This document shows positions 31,330 to 42,306 of a stretch of 64,000 bases of DNA, in pieces. The position numbers were made by a program, and so were the translations under genes. The notes under the pieces were generated by a model, which was not told the DNA's origin, searched no databases, and saw nothing but the letters and a program-made list of their open reading frames with translations. Position 1 is the first letter of the stretch; the number at the start of each line of letters is the position of its first letter. This DNA is from Bdellovibrionales bacterium (GTDB lineage Bacteria; Bdellovibrionota; Bdellovibrionia; Bdellovibrionales; JAUICD01), in assembly GCA_965262715.1 (NCBI GenBank), contig OZ253553.1:2336001-2400000 (forward strand), written 5' to 3'.

Positions 31330-31364
31330 TTTTGACTCCTTTCTCTAAAAGGTATAGTAATCAC

Positions 31365-31709
31365 CTAAAAGAATTTGTATACAAGTGTAAAGATCACCAA
31401 AGATTCAATAAAAGCTAAACCTAAAATCATAGGTGTAAAAATCTTATCCTGAGCCGATGGATTTCTAGCAATACCTTCAAGAGCTGCACTTATAGCTTTA
31501 CCTTGACCAAGTGCTCCTCCAATAGCTGCCAGTCCAAGAGCTATTGCCATAGCAGCACCTTTCCAATCTGGATTGCCACCACTACCTAACATAACATCCA
31601 TCTCTTGAGCTAAAGCTAAAGGGGTTGATAAAAACACTATTAGAAAGCCTGCTAAATAATACGCTTGCTTTAGGATTATTTTTTTAAGTTTTGCCATTTT
31701 TTTCTCCAT
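31365..31709 (-). CDS. atpE: F0 ATP synthase subunit c
   Basis: GALGQG...IARNPSA...LAFIESL. Confidence 0.95.
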   Translation of the reverse strand: MEKKMAKLKKIILKQAYYLAGFLIVFLSTPLALAQEMDVMLGSGGNPDWKGAAMAIALGLAAIGGALGQGKAISAALEGIARNPSAQDKIFTPMILGLAFIESLVIFTLVYKFF

Positions 31710-31735
31710 TATTTAATTTGTTAGTTATACATTAA

Positions 31736-32443
31736 TTAATGGCTTTCTGCCACTGCCATAGAAACATAAACCATGGAAAGTAGTGTAAAAACCAAAGCTT
31801 GAACAGCACAAACAAAAAGCCCTAAACAATAGAAGATCACAGGGACCCCAATAGGTACTAGTTCCAAAAATGCTCCCAACACTGTATGATCACCTGTCAT
31901 ATTACCCATAAGCCGTAGGCCTAAGGTAAATGGGCGAAATAAGTGAGAGATCACCTCAATAGCAAATAAAAGGGGTGCGATCCACCAAATAGGACCCATA
32001 AAGTGCTTTATATAATTAATAAGGCCCTGTTTTTTGATCCCTAAAACATTGTAGAGAACAAAAGAAACAAGTCCTATTGCAAATGTTGTATTTAAATTAT
32101 CTGTAGCGGGTGTCAACCCTGGAATCAATCCTAAAAAGTTATTCAGGAAAATAAAAAGGAATAAAAAAGTAAAGAAAGGCACAAACTGCCGATTAGATTT
32201 ACCAATAATAGCATCTGATTGACGACAAATAAATTCTAATATCACTTCGCAAAAACCAATAAGAGAAAGTTTATTACAAGGTGCATTATTGATTTCGTCA
32301 GTTGAGCTCCTTCTGGTTGCAAGTTGCCTATTAATGATTACGCCTGCAATAATCATAGCAATGGAGACTAATAAAGTTGAAGCTATGTGTAGGTAGTGGT
32401 GACCTACTCCAGGAATAAATTGTAGCCAGCTAAAATGTTCCAC
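31736..32443 (-). CDS. atpB: F0 ATP synthase subunit a
   Basis: RPFTLGLRLMGNM, QALVFTLLSMVY. Confidence 0.96.
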   Translation of the reverse strand: MEHFSWLQFIPGVGHHYLHIASTLLVSIAMIIAGVIINRQLATRRSSTDEINNAPCNKLSLIGFCEVILEFICRQSDAIIGKSNRQFVPFFTFLFLFIFLNNFLGLIPGLTPATDNLNTTFAIGLVSFVLYNVLGIKKQGLINYIKHFMGPIWWIAPLLFAIEVISHLFRPFTLGLRLMGNMTGDHTVLGAFLELVPIGVPVIFYCLGLFVCAVQALVFTLLSMVYVSMAVAESH

Positions 32444-32660
32444 AATAACACCTCTTTATTATGTATATAGATTTTTCTCATAAATAGAAGATAATATCAA
32501 GCTTATGCTATTTAAGAGAGAGCGTTAGTGCAATATTTTTCTGTTGATTTTTGCAAGATCAAAAAAGTATTTACATTAATGAGACTATTCATTTTAGCAG
32601 AAGTAAAATATAGATTAAAGATTTTGTTTTAGATCACTTTAAAAGGGTTTTGGTATTTTA

Positions 32661-34139
32661 TCATTCTGAGGTTGCTGTATATCTATAAGAAATCTGAATT
32701 TGAGTCCCCTCTGCAGGATGTGTATCAAATATGATTGCATTCTCTTGAGAGCTAAATTCCCAATTTGGCGCATCAGATGAAGGTGTAAAGGTCACATTGA
32801 TGGTGCTTTCTATAATATTTGTGTGTTCCAATTCTATTTTATCTGATATTCTATTAGCAGTAAATTTCTTTTCAATATCGGAGATAATAGAATCGTAATT
32901 TTCATTACAAATACTAGTTGTTATTCCACCTGTTAAATGAGCCAACTCAGTTGTAAAATATCCATAAGAACCGCCGCCACCATCAGTGTAATGTTCTTCA
33001 ACTTGTTCTATATCTGTAGTCTCTATCCAATAACCAGGTCGATAAGGTTTAGGACAAGGAGGTCCTTCTTCTGCCTGCTCTGGTACCCAAACCCTTGTTA
33101 CATTAGTTATAGATTTTACTGTTGATATTTTTGCTGTTGCTGTTCTTTCTGTGTTAAGACACTGTTGATCACCAGGTCGAATAATAATACCATAGGCTGA
33201 AAATTGTTTTGATGGACCAAGAATGCTTTGTATAGTTTGAATAACCTTTGCCGGCATTGTTGCTTGAGAGCCTCCTTTAGCAGTTTCATCTTCGTCTGAA
33301 ATAATAACAACAACTAAAGCTGCATCTGATCTAAAAAGAATATTATTTTCAGGTAGTTGTACTGTATTGATGATACTAGCTAGAGGTTCTTCTGTATCAT
33401 GAGGTTGATTGAAAGCTTGAGTTCCTTTATAAATAGTATTTTTAAAAACTTCAATAAGATTATGACTCGTGTTGAGTTCTTGGTTGAGTATTTGAATATA
33501 ATTGTCTCCAGGCATTGTGATCAACCCATTACTGTCTTCTAGATAATCTAGATGATGATAGATTGAATTTGCATAGGTGTTGACAAAGCCCATTTGCCAA
33601 TCAATAAATTCTAAAGAACCTGAAAATAGATTTTGAAAATGAGAAGATTCTAAGAAGGTTTTGTGATTTTCTTGCATCGATAGCGATTTATCTGTAGCAA
33701 TAAGAAAATCCACTTTTTGTTTAGTTGGCTGTGTTAAAGAACGTTGATAAGTGTTTTCATTTGAGGTAGGTCCATCTTGCCCGTTAGGTACCTTTGAATT
33801 GCTTTCCGCATCTTGCCCATTAGGCACCTTTGAATCACTTTTTCCATCTTGCCCATTAGGTACTGTTGAGTCACTTTTTGCGTCTTGCCCATTAGGTACT
33901 CCTTGTTTCCTGGTTTTATCTTGATTGTATGGAATATTTGAATTTTTGATTTCCGTGTTGGCTTGGTTATTTTCTTGATTGTTGCTAGAAAGCGAAGAAG
34001 AAGTTATATTTCCTGATTTGCAAGATATCATAAGCATGAGATAAAAAACGCAAAACATACTTTTAAATAAAGTGATTATAAAGTTTTTATTTAATTTTTT
34101 ACTTAATTTCATAGTTATTTTCAGCCTTTCTTTAGTCAT
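32661..34139 (-). CDS. Lipoprotein with vWA-like domain and VPNGQD repeats
   Basis: Lipobox MISC; VDFLIATDKSLSM and IISDEDE vWA-like motifs; SIC..Y; C-terminal beta domain. Confidence 0.7.
   Translation of the reverse strand: MTKERLKITMKLSKKLNKNFIITLFKSMFCVFYLMLMISCKSGNITSSSLSSNNQENNQANTEIKNSNIPYNQDKTRKQGVPNGQDAKSDSTVPNGQDGKSDSKVPNGQDAESNSKVPNGQDGPTSNENTYQRSLTQPTKQKVDFLIATDKSLSMQENHKTFLESSHFQNLFSGSLEFIDWQMGFVNTYANSIYHHLDYLEDSNGLITMPGDNYIQILNQELNTSHNLIEVFKNTIYKGTQAFNQPHDTEEPLASIINTVQLPENNILFRSDAALVVVIISDEDETAKGGSQATMPAKVIQTIQSILGPSKQFSAYGIIIRPGDQQCLNTERTATAKISTVKSITNVTRVWVPEQAEEGPPCPKPYRPGYWIETTDIEQVEEHYTDGGGGSYGYFTTELAHLTGGITTSICNENYDSIISDIEKKFTANRISDKIELEHTNIIESTINVTFTPSSDAPNWEFSSQENAIIFDTHPAEGTQIQISYRYTATSE
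33771..33900. repeat. Coding 36-bp tandem repeat (about 4 copies, VPNGQD...)
   Basis: TCTTGCCC(A/G)TTAGG recurs every 36 bp. Confidence 0.85.
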
Positions 34140-34158
34140 CTAATTAAAAAAATAATAG

Positions 34159-35286
34159 TTAGTTATAATAATCATAAGAAACATGTACCGTTGTGTTATC
34201 CTTAAGATTTGGTGGATCAAAAGTGATTTTGCTTGTCTGTGAATCAAACTGCCAACTTTGTGGAGCATTTTCAGATGGATCAAAACTTAATTCTATTGTG
34301 CCTTCTACAATACTTGTATGTCGTAATTCAATTTCATTTAGACCTACTCCTCCTAGTTTATTTTCTATATCAGAGCCTATTTGAGTTAGCAGAGGATTAT
34401 AATCTTCTTCACAAATACTTCCAATAATACCTTTTGTTTCAGTAATAAATGTAGAAACTGCATAGCTAAAATTTGTAATGTCATTCGTTTGATCCTCTGC
34501 ACATTGTGTATCACCAACTTTAGTAATAATTCCATAAGTAGCAAAATCTTTGGAGGAGTCTAAGTGATTATGTATGGATTCAATAACTTGTAAAGGAGTA
34601 GTATTTTCTTCATCGTCTTGACTTTTGTTTAATACAAGAACAGCTAGAAGAGCATCTTGTCTAAAGAATGTTTGATTTTCAGTTTTTCCTATACTTTGAA
34701 TAAGGCTTATTAAAGGTTGCATTTTTTGTCCGCTCCTTTGTGATGTTAGTGTTTCCATAAGGAGCTCTGTTATTGTGTAACTAGTTTGTAGTTCTGGAGT
34801 TAATGTATAAATATCCTTATTGGAATCAGATTCCTTAATATTTCCACTTCTATTTTTTAATGGAAAAAATGAGGGTATATTTGTATTATTATTTTGTGTT
34901 GGATCTTCAGATGTAAAAGCTATCTGCCAATCTATAGATTGAAAATTGTCATTGAGTAATAAGAGACTCAGACTTGTGCTTAATTTACTATCTGTTTGTG
35001 ATTGAGTAGCTGGGAGGACTATAAGAATATCTAACTTTTTGGGCTCAGAATCTTCTGATGTGATAGAATATTCTTCCTGCGAGGTATTTTTATTTGTAGG
35101 GTTGGAATTAGAACTAGAACTAGAACTAGAACTAGATTTAGATGATGAAGTTATAGGAGAATCCAGGCACCCTGTCATAAATACCAAAGAAAGACAAAGA
35201 AAAGAAATTTTAAATGAAGCTTTAATAATGTGTATCATGTCCGAACAAATATCCCTTAATAGTTTATCAAGCAATTTTGAGACCAA
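34159..35286 (-). CDS. Lipoprotein, degenerate vWA-like paralogue of 32661-34139
   Basis: Lipobox MTGC, poly-Ser; shared IDWQ, FR.DA.L, YGII..GD.QC, SICE..Y, IEL.HT.I.E.TI blocks. Confidence 0.7.
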   Translation of the reverse strand: MVSKLLDKLLRDICSDMIHIIKASFKISFLCLSLVFMTGCLDSPITSSSKSSSSSSSSSNSNPTNKNTSQEEYSITSEDSEPKKLDILIVLPATQSQTDSKLSTSLSLLLLNDNFQSIDWQIAFTSEDPTQNNNTNIPSFFPLKNRSGNIKESDSNKDIYTLTPELQTSYTITELLMETLTSQRSGQKMQPLISLIQSIGKTENQTFFRQDALLAVLVLNKSQDDEENTTPLQVIESIHNHLDSSKDFATYGIITKVGDTQCAEDQTNDITNFSYAVSTFITETKGIIGSICEEDYNPLLTQIGSDIENKLGGVGLNEIELRHTSIVEGTIELSFDPSENAPQSWQFDSQTSKITFDPPNLKDNTTVHVSYDYYN

Positions 35287-35394
35287 TACCTAAAAGGGGA
35301 TTAAAAGCATAAAAGCGGTTCATTTATTGATAAATATTTTGACAGGTGTAAAAAAAGAATTGCTTTTGATGTAATAACTGATCTTACACAATTT

Positions 35395-35520
35395 TTATAA
35401 TTTTAAGAGATTTGTTGTTGTTTATTGATTTATCTAAGTTAAATCTTGATGAATTGCCATCTTTTGAAATCCGGAAATCTGGAAATCTGGGAAACCAGGA
35501 GACCAGAGAATCGAAACGCC
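35395..35520. repeat. Dispersed repeat family C, copy 1
   Basis: Shares TTATAATTTTAA...TTTATTGATTTATCTAAGT and following GGAAAYC-type short units with 50666-50770. Confidence 0.65.
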
Positions 35521-35689
35521 TTGAGGCCGTAAGTTCCTACATAAAAGCCAGGTAAATAGATAACTTTGTTTAATTGTTTTAAGAATAGTGGGATGCTTCT
35601 TCTTTATCCAAATAATTACATTTCTTGAAATAATAAATTTTCAGAGAGATGACCATAAAGAAGATAGAGTATATTAAAGTGAAAAATTG

Positions 35690-37615
35690 CTAATTCATTG
35701 ATAACCCTAAATCAACAGTTAGCAGGCTATCGCCCATCTCATTTTCATTTTTAGGAGTGTTTGGATCGTCGCTGACATCAGCACGATTGTTTGTATCACC
35801 TAATCCTAGTTGTCCTTTGTTATTACACCCCCAGCACTTTAACTGGTCATCATTTAAGATAGCGCATGTTTGAGCCCATCCTGTTGCAATAGTCTTAGCA
35901 GTATGATTTGCTCCCGTACTATTTGTTCCTAAGTCAACAGCTGGCAGGCTATCTCCCATCTGATTTGCTTGATCACCACGGCTATTTGTATCACCTAACC
36001 CTAATTCTCCTACATCGTTTTGTCCCCAGCATTTAACACTGTTGTCATCTAAGATAACACATGTATAAAAGAAGTCTGCTGCAATGGATTTAACTGTACG
36101 ACTGGTTCCTAAATCAACAGCTGGCAAATTATCTCCCATCTGATTTGCTTGATCACCACGATTATCTGTATGACCTAAACCTAACTGTCCTTTGTGATTT
36201 TCTCCCCAGCATTTAACACTGTCGTTATCTAAGATAGCACATGTATGACTATGGCTAGCCACAATAGCTTTAGCAGTTTTATTTGATCCCAAATCAACAG
36301 CTAGTAAATTATCTCCCATCTGATTTGCTTGATCACCACGGCTATTTGTATCACCTAAACCTAATTGTCCTTTATGATTGTGTCCCCAACATTTAACTTT
36401 ATCGTTATCTAAAATAACACACACATGTTTTTTTCCTGTGGCAATAGCTTTGGCAGTATGATTTGCTCCCGTACTATCTGTTCCTAGGTCAACAAGTGGC
36501 AGGTTATCTCCCATCTGATTTGCTTGACTACCACGATTATCTGTATGACCTAGCCCTAGTTGTCCTTTATCATTTTTACCCCAGCATTTAACTTCGTTAT
36601 TATCTAAGATAGCACATGTATAGTGTTCTCCCGCAGAAACAACTTTAGCAGTTCGATCTGTTCCTAAGTCAACAGCTAACAGATTGTCTCCCATATTATC
36701 AGGATTATTACCGCGATTATCTGTATGACCTAGTCCTAATTGCCCGTAATTATTGCCACCCCAGCATTTAACATTATTATTATCTAAAACAGCGCAAACA
36801 TGATTATTGGGATCACTTCCTTCTGGATTATCTCCTACTGTGATAAACTTAGCAGTGCGATTTGTTCCTAAATTAATAGCTTGTAAATTTTGTCCCATCT
36901 CATTTAGTTCATCACCAATGGATGTTGTACTTCCGGTTACTACTTCATAGCCTAATTGACCATTTTTACCTTCTCCCCAACACTTTACTAAACCAGCATT
37001 ACTTAAATAGCAGGAAAGCTCAAAACCTGTAGAAATAGGATTATAGAGTGTATACGACAAATTTTCAGTACTACACTCAGTAGTACTGTTTTGATTTGCT
37101 TTTATGCCAGCATAAATATTATGAGCTCCAAGGTGTAAAAGGTTTCTAATAGTTATATCTACAGATGATGCGTCTTTTGGTACAGTTATTGGATCAGAAA
37201 GCACACTTAAATCATTGCAAGTTGACGAAGCATAAAGTTGAACTTCTCGACCAGATTCTATCCCTTTTCCACTAACTTGGATAGTTGGAGTTTTGTTTTC
37301 ATAGAAAGGAAGTATTTCTGTTTGAGGTGCTGGACTTACTAAAGTGAATGTTAGGATATTATTTTGTGTTGTTGAAGTTGTTGTAGATGTAGAGGTTGTT
37401 AAAGTTGTTGAAGTTGTTGAAGTTGTTGAAGTTGTTGAAGTTGTTGAAGTTGTTGTGGAAGTCGGTGTATTTGAGTCTAAATCTTTTTGGTTTTTATCAC
37501 TACAGCTGGTTAAAGTAGCCATAAAAAAAAATAGAACAAATAATTTTTGAAAGGTTTGTTTCTTACAGAATTGCTTTAATTTTATATTCATAATTAAAAT
37601 ACCTACTTGTCTCAT
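35690..37615 (-). CDS. RCC1/BLIP-II repeat lipoprotein
   Basis: Lipobox LTSC, Thr/Ser tract, seven C(A/V)IL...VKCWG.N..GQLG units. Confidence 0.9.
   Translation of the reverse strand: MRQVGILIMNIKLKQFCKKQTFQKLFVLFFFMATLTSCSDKNQKDLDSNTPTSTTTSTTSTTSTTSTTSTTLTTSTSTTTSTTQNNILTFTLVSPAPQTEILPFYENKTPTIQVSGKGIESGREVQLYASSTCNDLSVLSDPITVPKDASSVDITIRNLLHLGAHNIYAGIKANQNSTTECSTENLSYTLYNPISTGFELSCYLSNAGLVKCWGEGKNGQLGYEVVTGSTTSIGDELNEMGQNLQAINLGTNRTAKFITVGDNPEGSDPNNHVCAVLDNNNVKCWGGNNYGQLGLGHTDNRGNNPDNMGDNLLAVDLGTDRTAKVVSAGEHYTCAILDNNEVKCWGKNDKGQLGLGHTDNRGSQANQMGDNLPLVDLGTDSTGANHTAKAIATGKKHVCVILDNDKVKCWGHNHKGQLGLGDTNSRGDQANQMGDNLLAVDLGSNKTAKAIVASHSHTCAILDNDSVKCWGENHKGQLGLGHTDNRGDQANQMGDNLPAVDLGTSRTVKSIAADFFYTCVILDDNSVKCWGQNDVGELGLGDTNSRGDQANQMGDSLPAVDLGTNSTGANHTAKTIATGWAQTCAILNDDQLKCWGCNNKGQLGLGDTNNRADVSDDPNTPKNENEMGDSLLTVDLGLSMN
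37368..37457. repeat. 9-bp coding microsatellite (GTTGTTGAA)n encoding STT
   Basis: Tandem GTTGTTGAA units. Confidence 0.85.
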
Positions 37616-37772
37616 GTTGAAACGAAACGGAATGATTGGGGGTTTTATCCTTTGTTAAATGCTTCGGTATAAAATGATAATTGGTTTAGAAATGATAAAG
37701 GAATATAGCAATAATAATGAATAATGCGCGAATTACTTGCCTTTAGTAGAGAGTAATTTTTTTGAAGAAGGC

Positions 37773-38993
37773 TTATCTGTTTTTAATATTAGATTTTTTT
37801 AAGAAGTCTATTGCATCTTGCTTGCTTTGTATTTGGTTGTTGAGTTGAGCTTCCCTAAGGACTTCAATAATTTGTCCTAGCTTTTTACCGGTTTGAAACC
37901 CCATTTGTTTTAAGTCATTGCCTGAGAGCAGAGGATCAGGAAGTTTTGGATATATTTCTTTTGTTTTGTAAAGCAAATCCAAGTCTTCTTTTTTGTTAAG
38001 TGCTTTTAGTAAGGCACAAATATCTTTGAAGAACTCATTGCTAACAAGATTTCTTAATTGAGATAAGCTCATATTTTGTATATCTTGTTTTACAATAGAA
38101 GATAGATAAAAGATATATTTTATAGTTTTTTTTGAAAGCTTTATTTTTTTCAGGAAATTTTCTGTATGGTATGAAGGCCACTCATAGGTTAGTAATATCA
38201 GTCGTACATTTATATCTCCATAAAGGGTTGTTTGAGGTATAGGCAAAGGAGGAAATTGAGTGCCTAAAAAAGTTTGAAAGAGTTTTGTAGACTCAAGCAG
38301 AATAAGTCCTCTTTGATATTTTTTGGCAAGTAAGGTTTTAAAAAGTTCTTCTCTAACACGCTCAATGCTTATCTTAGTAACTTGAGACTTTTGTTTTGTG
38401 ATAGCTTGAAGTGTGTTTTGCTCTAAGTCCCAGTCTAATTGCGCTGAAAAGCGAATAGCGCGGAACAGTCTTAAGCCATCTTCTGCAAAGCGTTCTTCTG
38501 CAGTGCCTACACATCTGATTTGTTTTTTTAATATATCTTTTATTCCATCAACAAAGTCTATAAGTCTATTATTGATAACATCAAAAAATAAAGCATTGCA
38601 GGTGAAGTCTCTTCTTTGAGCATCTTCTTTTGGATTAGAAAAGCAAATATTTTCAGGATGTCTACCATCTTTGTAGTAGCCGTCGCTACGAAAAGAAGTG
38701 ATTTCATAGTTTTTGTTTTCTTTACAAACAGTTATTGTGCCGAAGTTTTTTCCAAGAGATAAGGTTTGTGGAAATATTTTTTCTATAGTTTCAGGAGTAG
38801 CGTCAGTTGCAAGATCAATATCTTTAGGGGTAAGACCGCAGAGAATATCTCGAATACAGCCTCCAACAAGCCATGCTTTGTAACCTTTTTTATCAAAATT
38901 ATGAATAATATCTTTAATATCTGGCCATTGACTTAAAGATTGAATTACTTTTAGGAGGTTTGAAGAATTGATTGAGGTTTCTGTATGAGCCAT
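37773..38993 (-). CDS. cca: CCA tRNA nucleotidyltransferase / poly(A) polymerase family
   Basis: VGGCIRD, DIDLAT, RRDFTCNA, RFAEDGLRLFRAIRF, SIERVREE. Confidence 0.88.
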   Translation of the reverse strand: MAHTETSINSSNLLKVIQSLSQWPDIKDIIHNFDKKGYKAWLVGGCIRDILCGLTPKDIDLATDATPETIEKIFPQTLSLGKNFGTITVCKENKNYEITSFRSDGYYKDGRHPENICFSNPKEDAQRRDFTCNALFFDVINNRLIDFVDGIKDILKKQIRCVGTAEERFAEDGLRLFRAIRFSAQLDWDLEQNTLQAITKQKSQVTKISIERVREELFKTLLAKKYQRGLILLESTKLFQTFLGTQFPPLPIPQTTLYGDINVRLILLTYEWPSYHTENFLKKIKLSKKTIKYIFYLSSIVKQDIQNMSLSQLRNLVSNEFFKDICALLKALNKKEDLDLLYKTKEIYPKLPDPLLSGNDLKQMGFQTGKKLGQIIEVLREAQLNNQIQSKQDAIDFLKKSNIKNR

Positions 38994-39016
38994 ATTTTTT
39001 ATGTCTTATTTTGACT

Positions 39017-39760
39017 TTATTGCTTAATATAATTTTCAAAAATTGTTTTTTGTTTATAATGCGTATTACTTTCTGTGCTATTATTGCATTGTCCATCTTT
39101 AAGAGTTAAAATACGAGGAAATCTTTGTGAGAATCTTTGGTCATGAGTTGCTACAACTAATGTGAGCTTTTTTGTTTCATGTAGTTTAAAAAAGATATCT
39201 TCAATGATTTGTGCGTTTTTGTTATCTAAGTTACCTGTAGGTTCATCTGCAAATAAGATATCGGGTTCTTGTATTAAAGCTCTGGCAATGGCTACTCTCT
39301 GTTGTTCTCCACCGCTTAACTGCTTAGGAAGATGGTCTTGACGATGATCAACTCCCAGTTCTTTGAGTAAATATTTTGCTTTTTGGGCAATTTCTTTTTT
39401 AGGTGTGCCTGCAATTCTTGCAGGTAACATCACATTTTCTAGTGCTGTAAATTCTTTTAATAGATGGTGAAATTGAAATACAAATCCCATATTTTGATTG
39501 CGAAAAAGAGCTAGTGCTTCTGGAGTTTGATCAAATATATCTTTTCCCTTGTAGAAGATATACCCATTTGATGGTTGATCTAGTGTACCCAATATATGTA
39601 AAAGAGTTGTTTTTCCTGTACCAGAGCTTCCCATGATGCATAGTGCTTCTCCTTGATGAATTTTGAGATTTAAATCTAAAAGAACATCAACTTTATGGCT
39701 TTCTGTTTTGTAGTTTTTAAAAAGATTTTTTGCTTCTAGTAAGAATGCATTATTATTCAT
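39017..39760 (-). CDS. lolD: Lipoprotein-releasing ABC transporter ATPase
   Basis: [36 protein letters not shown]; follows a LolC/E permease. Confidence 0.88.
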   Translation of the reverse strand: MNNNAFLLEAKNLFKNYKTESHKVDVLLDLNLKIHQGEALCIMGSSGTGKTTLLHILGTLDQPSNGYIFYKGKDIFDQTPEALALFRNQNMGFVFQFHHLLKEFTALENVMLPARIAGTPKKEIAQKAKYLLKELGVDHRQDHLPKQLSGGEQQRVAIARALIQEPDILFADEPTGNLDNKNAQIIEDIFFKLHETKKLTLVVATHDQRFSQRFPRILTLKDGQCNNSTESNTHYKQKTIFENYIKQ

Positions 39761-39944
39761 ATTTTATCCTTGTTTATATAGTTTCTAGAATACATATTTG
39801 CTAGAATAACACACATAATGTTTAAGAGCTATTCTTGCAGAATGCAAAACTTATTTTGAAGCAGGCTCTAGTTATTCATAATGAAGAAAATGTTCTAATG
39901 TTATGTAAGAGGTAAATTAAGGCATGTAAATTCTATTAGAAAAG

Positions 39945-41162
39945 CTATCCGTAACGTAGGCCTTGAGTGGGATTGACTTTAGAGCCTTTGAGTGCAGGCA
40001 AAAGAGTTGAGAAGAAGCATATGATAAGAGTTGTTCCTATCACGAGGGATATATCTGTGAACCTCATTTCTACTGGGAGGTGATCGAATTGGTATATTTC
40101 ACTGGGGACATATATGAAACTGCTATATTTTACAATTTGGCACAATACCCATCCTAGACAGAGTCCTAGAAATGATCCGATGAGACCGATTGTTAATCCA
40201 TAGGTGATGAATAGATTGATGAGAAAAGTTTTATTTGCTCCTAATGTTTGGAGTATACTGATGTCAGCGAAGCGTTTGAGGACATGTACAAAGAGTGTGC
40301 TGCATACATTAAAGCAAGCGACAATTACGATGAATAGCAGTACGATAAAAATAACCCATTTTTGCACTGCTACTTCTGAGAAAAAGACATAATTACTACT
40401 ATACCAGTCTCTCATATAGTAGTCGTAGCCTAGATGTTCTCCTATTTTCAGTGTAGCTTGTCTTGCAGCTTCATCTGAGTGAAAGTTTATTCTTAGGCCG
40501 GAATACATTTGTGATTTCCACCCTTTCAATTTTTGGAGATATGTATCTTGGACGAACACCATACGAGTGTTGTAGTCATATTTACCCATGTCTAGTGTTC
40601 CTGCCAGGTAGAAGGAGCTTATTTTAGGTGAGAAAGATCTTTCATTTATGAGATGAGGTGTTGGTACAACGATTTGGAATTCATCTCCTATTTTCAGATT
40701 TAATTTATTGGCTAAGACTTCTCCTAAGACAGCTGCTCCTTTTTGGTTTTGTGATGTTAATGTTAGATTTCCTTTGATGACTCTACTTTTGAGTTTTAGT
40801 GTATTTTGATAAGTTTTAGGATTAAGTCCATGGACGATGACACCCGACAAGACTCCTTTGGAGGCAATAAGTCCTTCAGCGTGTACAAATGGGCTGATAT
40901 TTTTCAATTTGGGTAATATTTCATGGAGAGTTTTTTGAAGTTTGGAGGGATTTTTAATAGGGCCGTGGGAGTTCATCAGGATAAAATGTCCATTGACATC
41001 AATAATGACTTTTCTTAGATGAGATTCCACTCCGCTAACTACTGACATGCTTAAAATAAGGCATCCTATAGCTAGGGCTAATCCTAATATAGCTAGTAAA
41101 GAGGTCAATCCAATGAGCCGTCCTGCTCTTAAGTATTTCCATATTATAAAAAAGTGAAGCAT
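39945..41162 (-). CDS. Lipoprotein-releasing ABC transporter permease (LolC/LolE family)
   Basis: MacB-type periplasmic domain plus FtsX-type TM segments; adjacent lolD. Confidence 0.85.
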   Translation of the reverse strand: MLHFFIIWKYLRAGRLIGLTSLLAILGLALAIGCLILSMSVVSGVESHLRKVIIDVNGHFILMNSHGPIKNPSKLQKTLHEILPKLKNISPFVHAEGLIASKGVLSGVIVHGLNPKTYQNTLKLKSRVIKGNLTLTSQNQKGAAVLGEVLANKLNLKIGDEFQIVVPTPHLINERSFSPKISSFYLAGTLDMGKYDYNTRMVFVQDTYLQKLKGWKSQMYSGLRINFHSDEAARQATLKIGEHLGYDYYMRDWYSSNYVFFSEVAVQKWVIFIVLLFIVIVACFNVCSTLFVHVLKRFADISILQTLGANKTFLINLFITYGLTIGLIGSFLGLCLGWVLCQIVKYSSFIYVPSEIYQFDHLPVEMRFTDISLVIGTTLIICFFSTLLPALKGSKVNPTQGLRYG

Positions 41163-42306
41163 TTAAGTACTATCTTTTTGTTTTTGGGTTTGATTTCTTA
41201 AAAATGCTTTGATGAAGGGGCTGATATTTCCATCGAGGACTGTATTGATATTACCAACTTCTAGTGTTGTTCTATGATCTTTCACCATTTGGTAAGGATG
41301 CATGATGTACGAGCGAATTTGACTACCCCATTCATTGGCCATTTTTTCTGCATTGGTTTTTGCCCTTTCAGTTTCTTTTTTTTCACGTTCTTTTTCGTAT
41401 AGGATGGATTTGAGCATTTTCATAGCTTTATCACGGTTGGAGTGTTGAGAGCGGTCATTTTGGCATTGGACGACAGCACCTGTCTTATGGTGTGTGATTC
41501 TCACAGCTGAGTCTGTTTTATTAACATGTTGTCCACCAGCTCCACTTGCTCTATAAGTGTCAACTCGAATATCTTCTGGTTTAATTTCTATTTGGATTTG
41601 TTCATCCACTTCAGGCCATACATCTATAGCTGCAAAAGATGTATGTCTTTTAGCATTAGAATCAAATGGTGAGATACGAACAAGTCGATGTATTCCTTTT
41701 TCACATTTAAGATAACCGTATGCATATTCTCCCTGGATTAAAACAGTTACTGATTTAATGCCTGCTTCTTCTGCGGCGGTTATTTCTTGATAGATTGTTT
41801 TGTATTTTTGATTTTCTGCCCATTTCATATACATACGCAGAAGTATTTCTGCCCAATCGCAAGCATCTGTTCCACCTGCTCCTGAATTAATAGTGAGATA
41901 GGCATTATTGGTATCTAGAGGTTGTCCTAGTAGAGTTTGAAGGTCTAAATCTTGAGAGAGAGATTTTAGGGATTGAAACTCTAAGTGAAATTCTTCAAAG
42001 AGGCTATCTTGCTCTTGGGTTTGTGAAGATTCACAGATCATTTCTAAAAGAGTTTCTAAGTTTTCCATTTGAGTTTTTAATGTTTGCCATTGTTCAATAG
42101 GTTTTTGAAGTAGTGTTTTTTCTTGATTGAGCTTTTGCATTTCTTTTGGATTTTTCCAAAGGTTGGGATCTTTTAGGAGCTGATCTATTTCTAAGATGCG
42201 GGTTTGTTTGTGGTGGACGTCAAAGATACCTCTGAAGGTTTAATATATCTTTTTGAAGATTTTGAAATTGTGAGGAAATATGAGCTAGGTCTTTTGAAAT
42301 ATTCAT
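41163..42306 (-). CDS. prfB: Peptide chain release factor 2 with programmed +1 frameshift
   Basis: SPF and GGQ motifs; ATG 42306, 28 codons, then AGAGG-TAT-CTT-TGA-C shift site at ~42219-42233. Confidence 0.96.
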
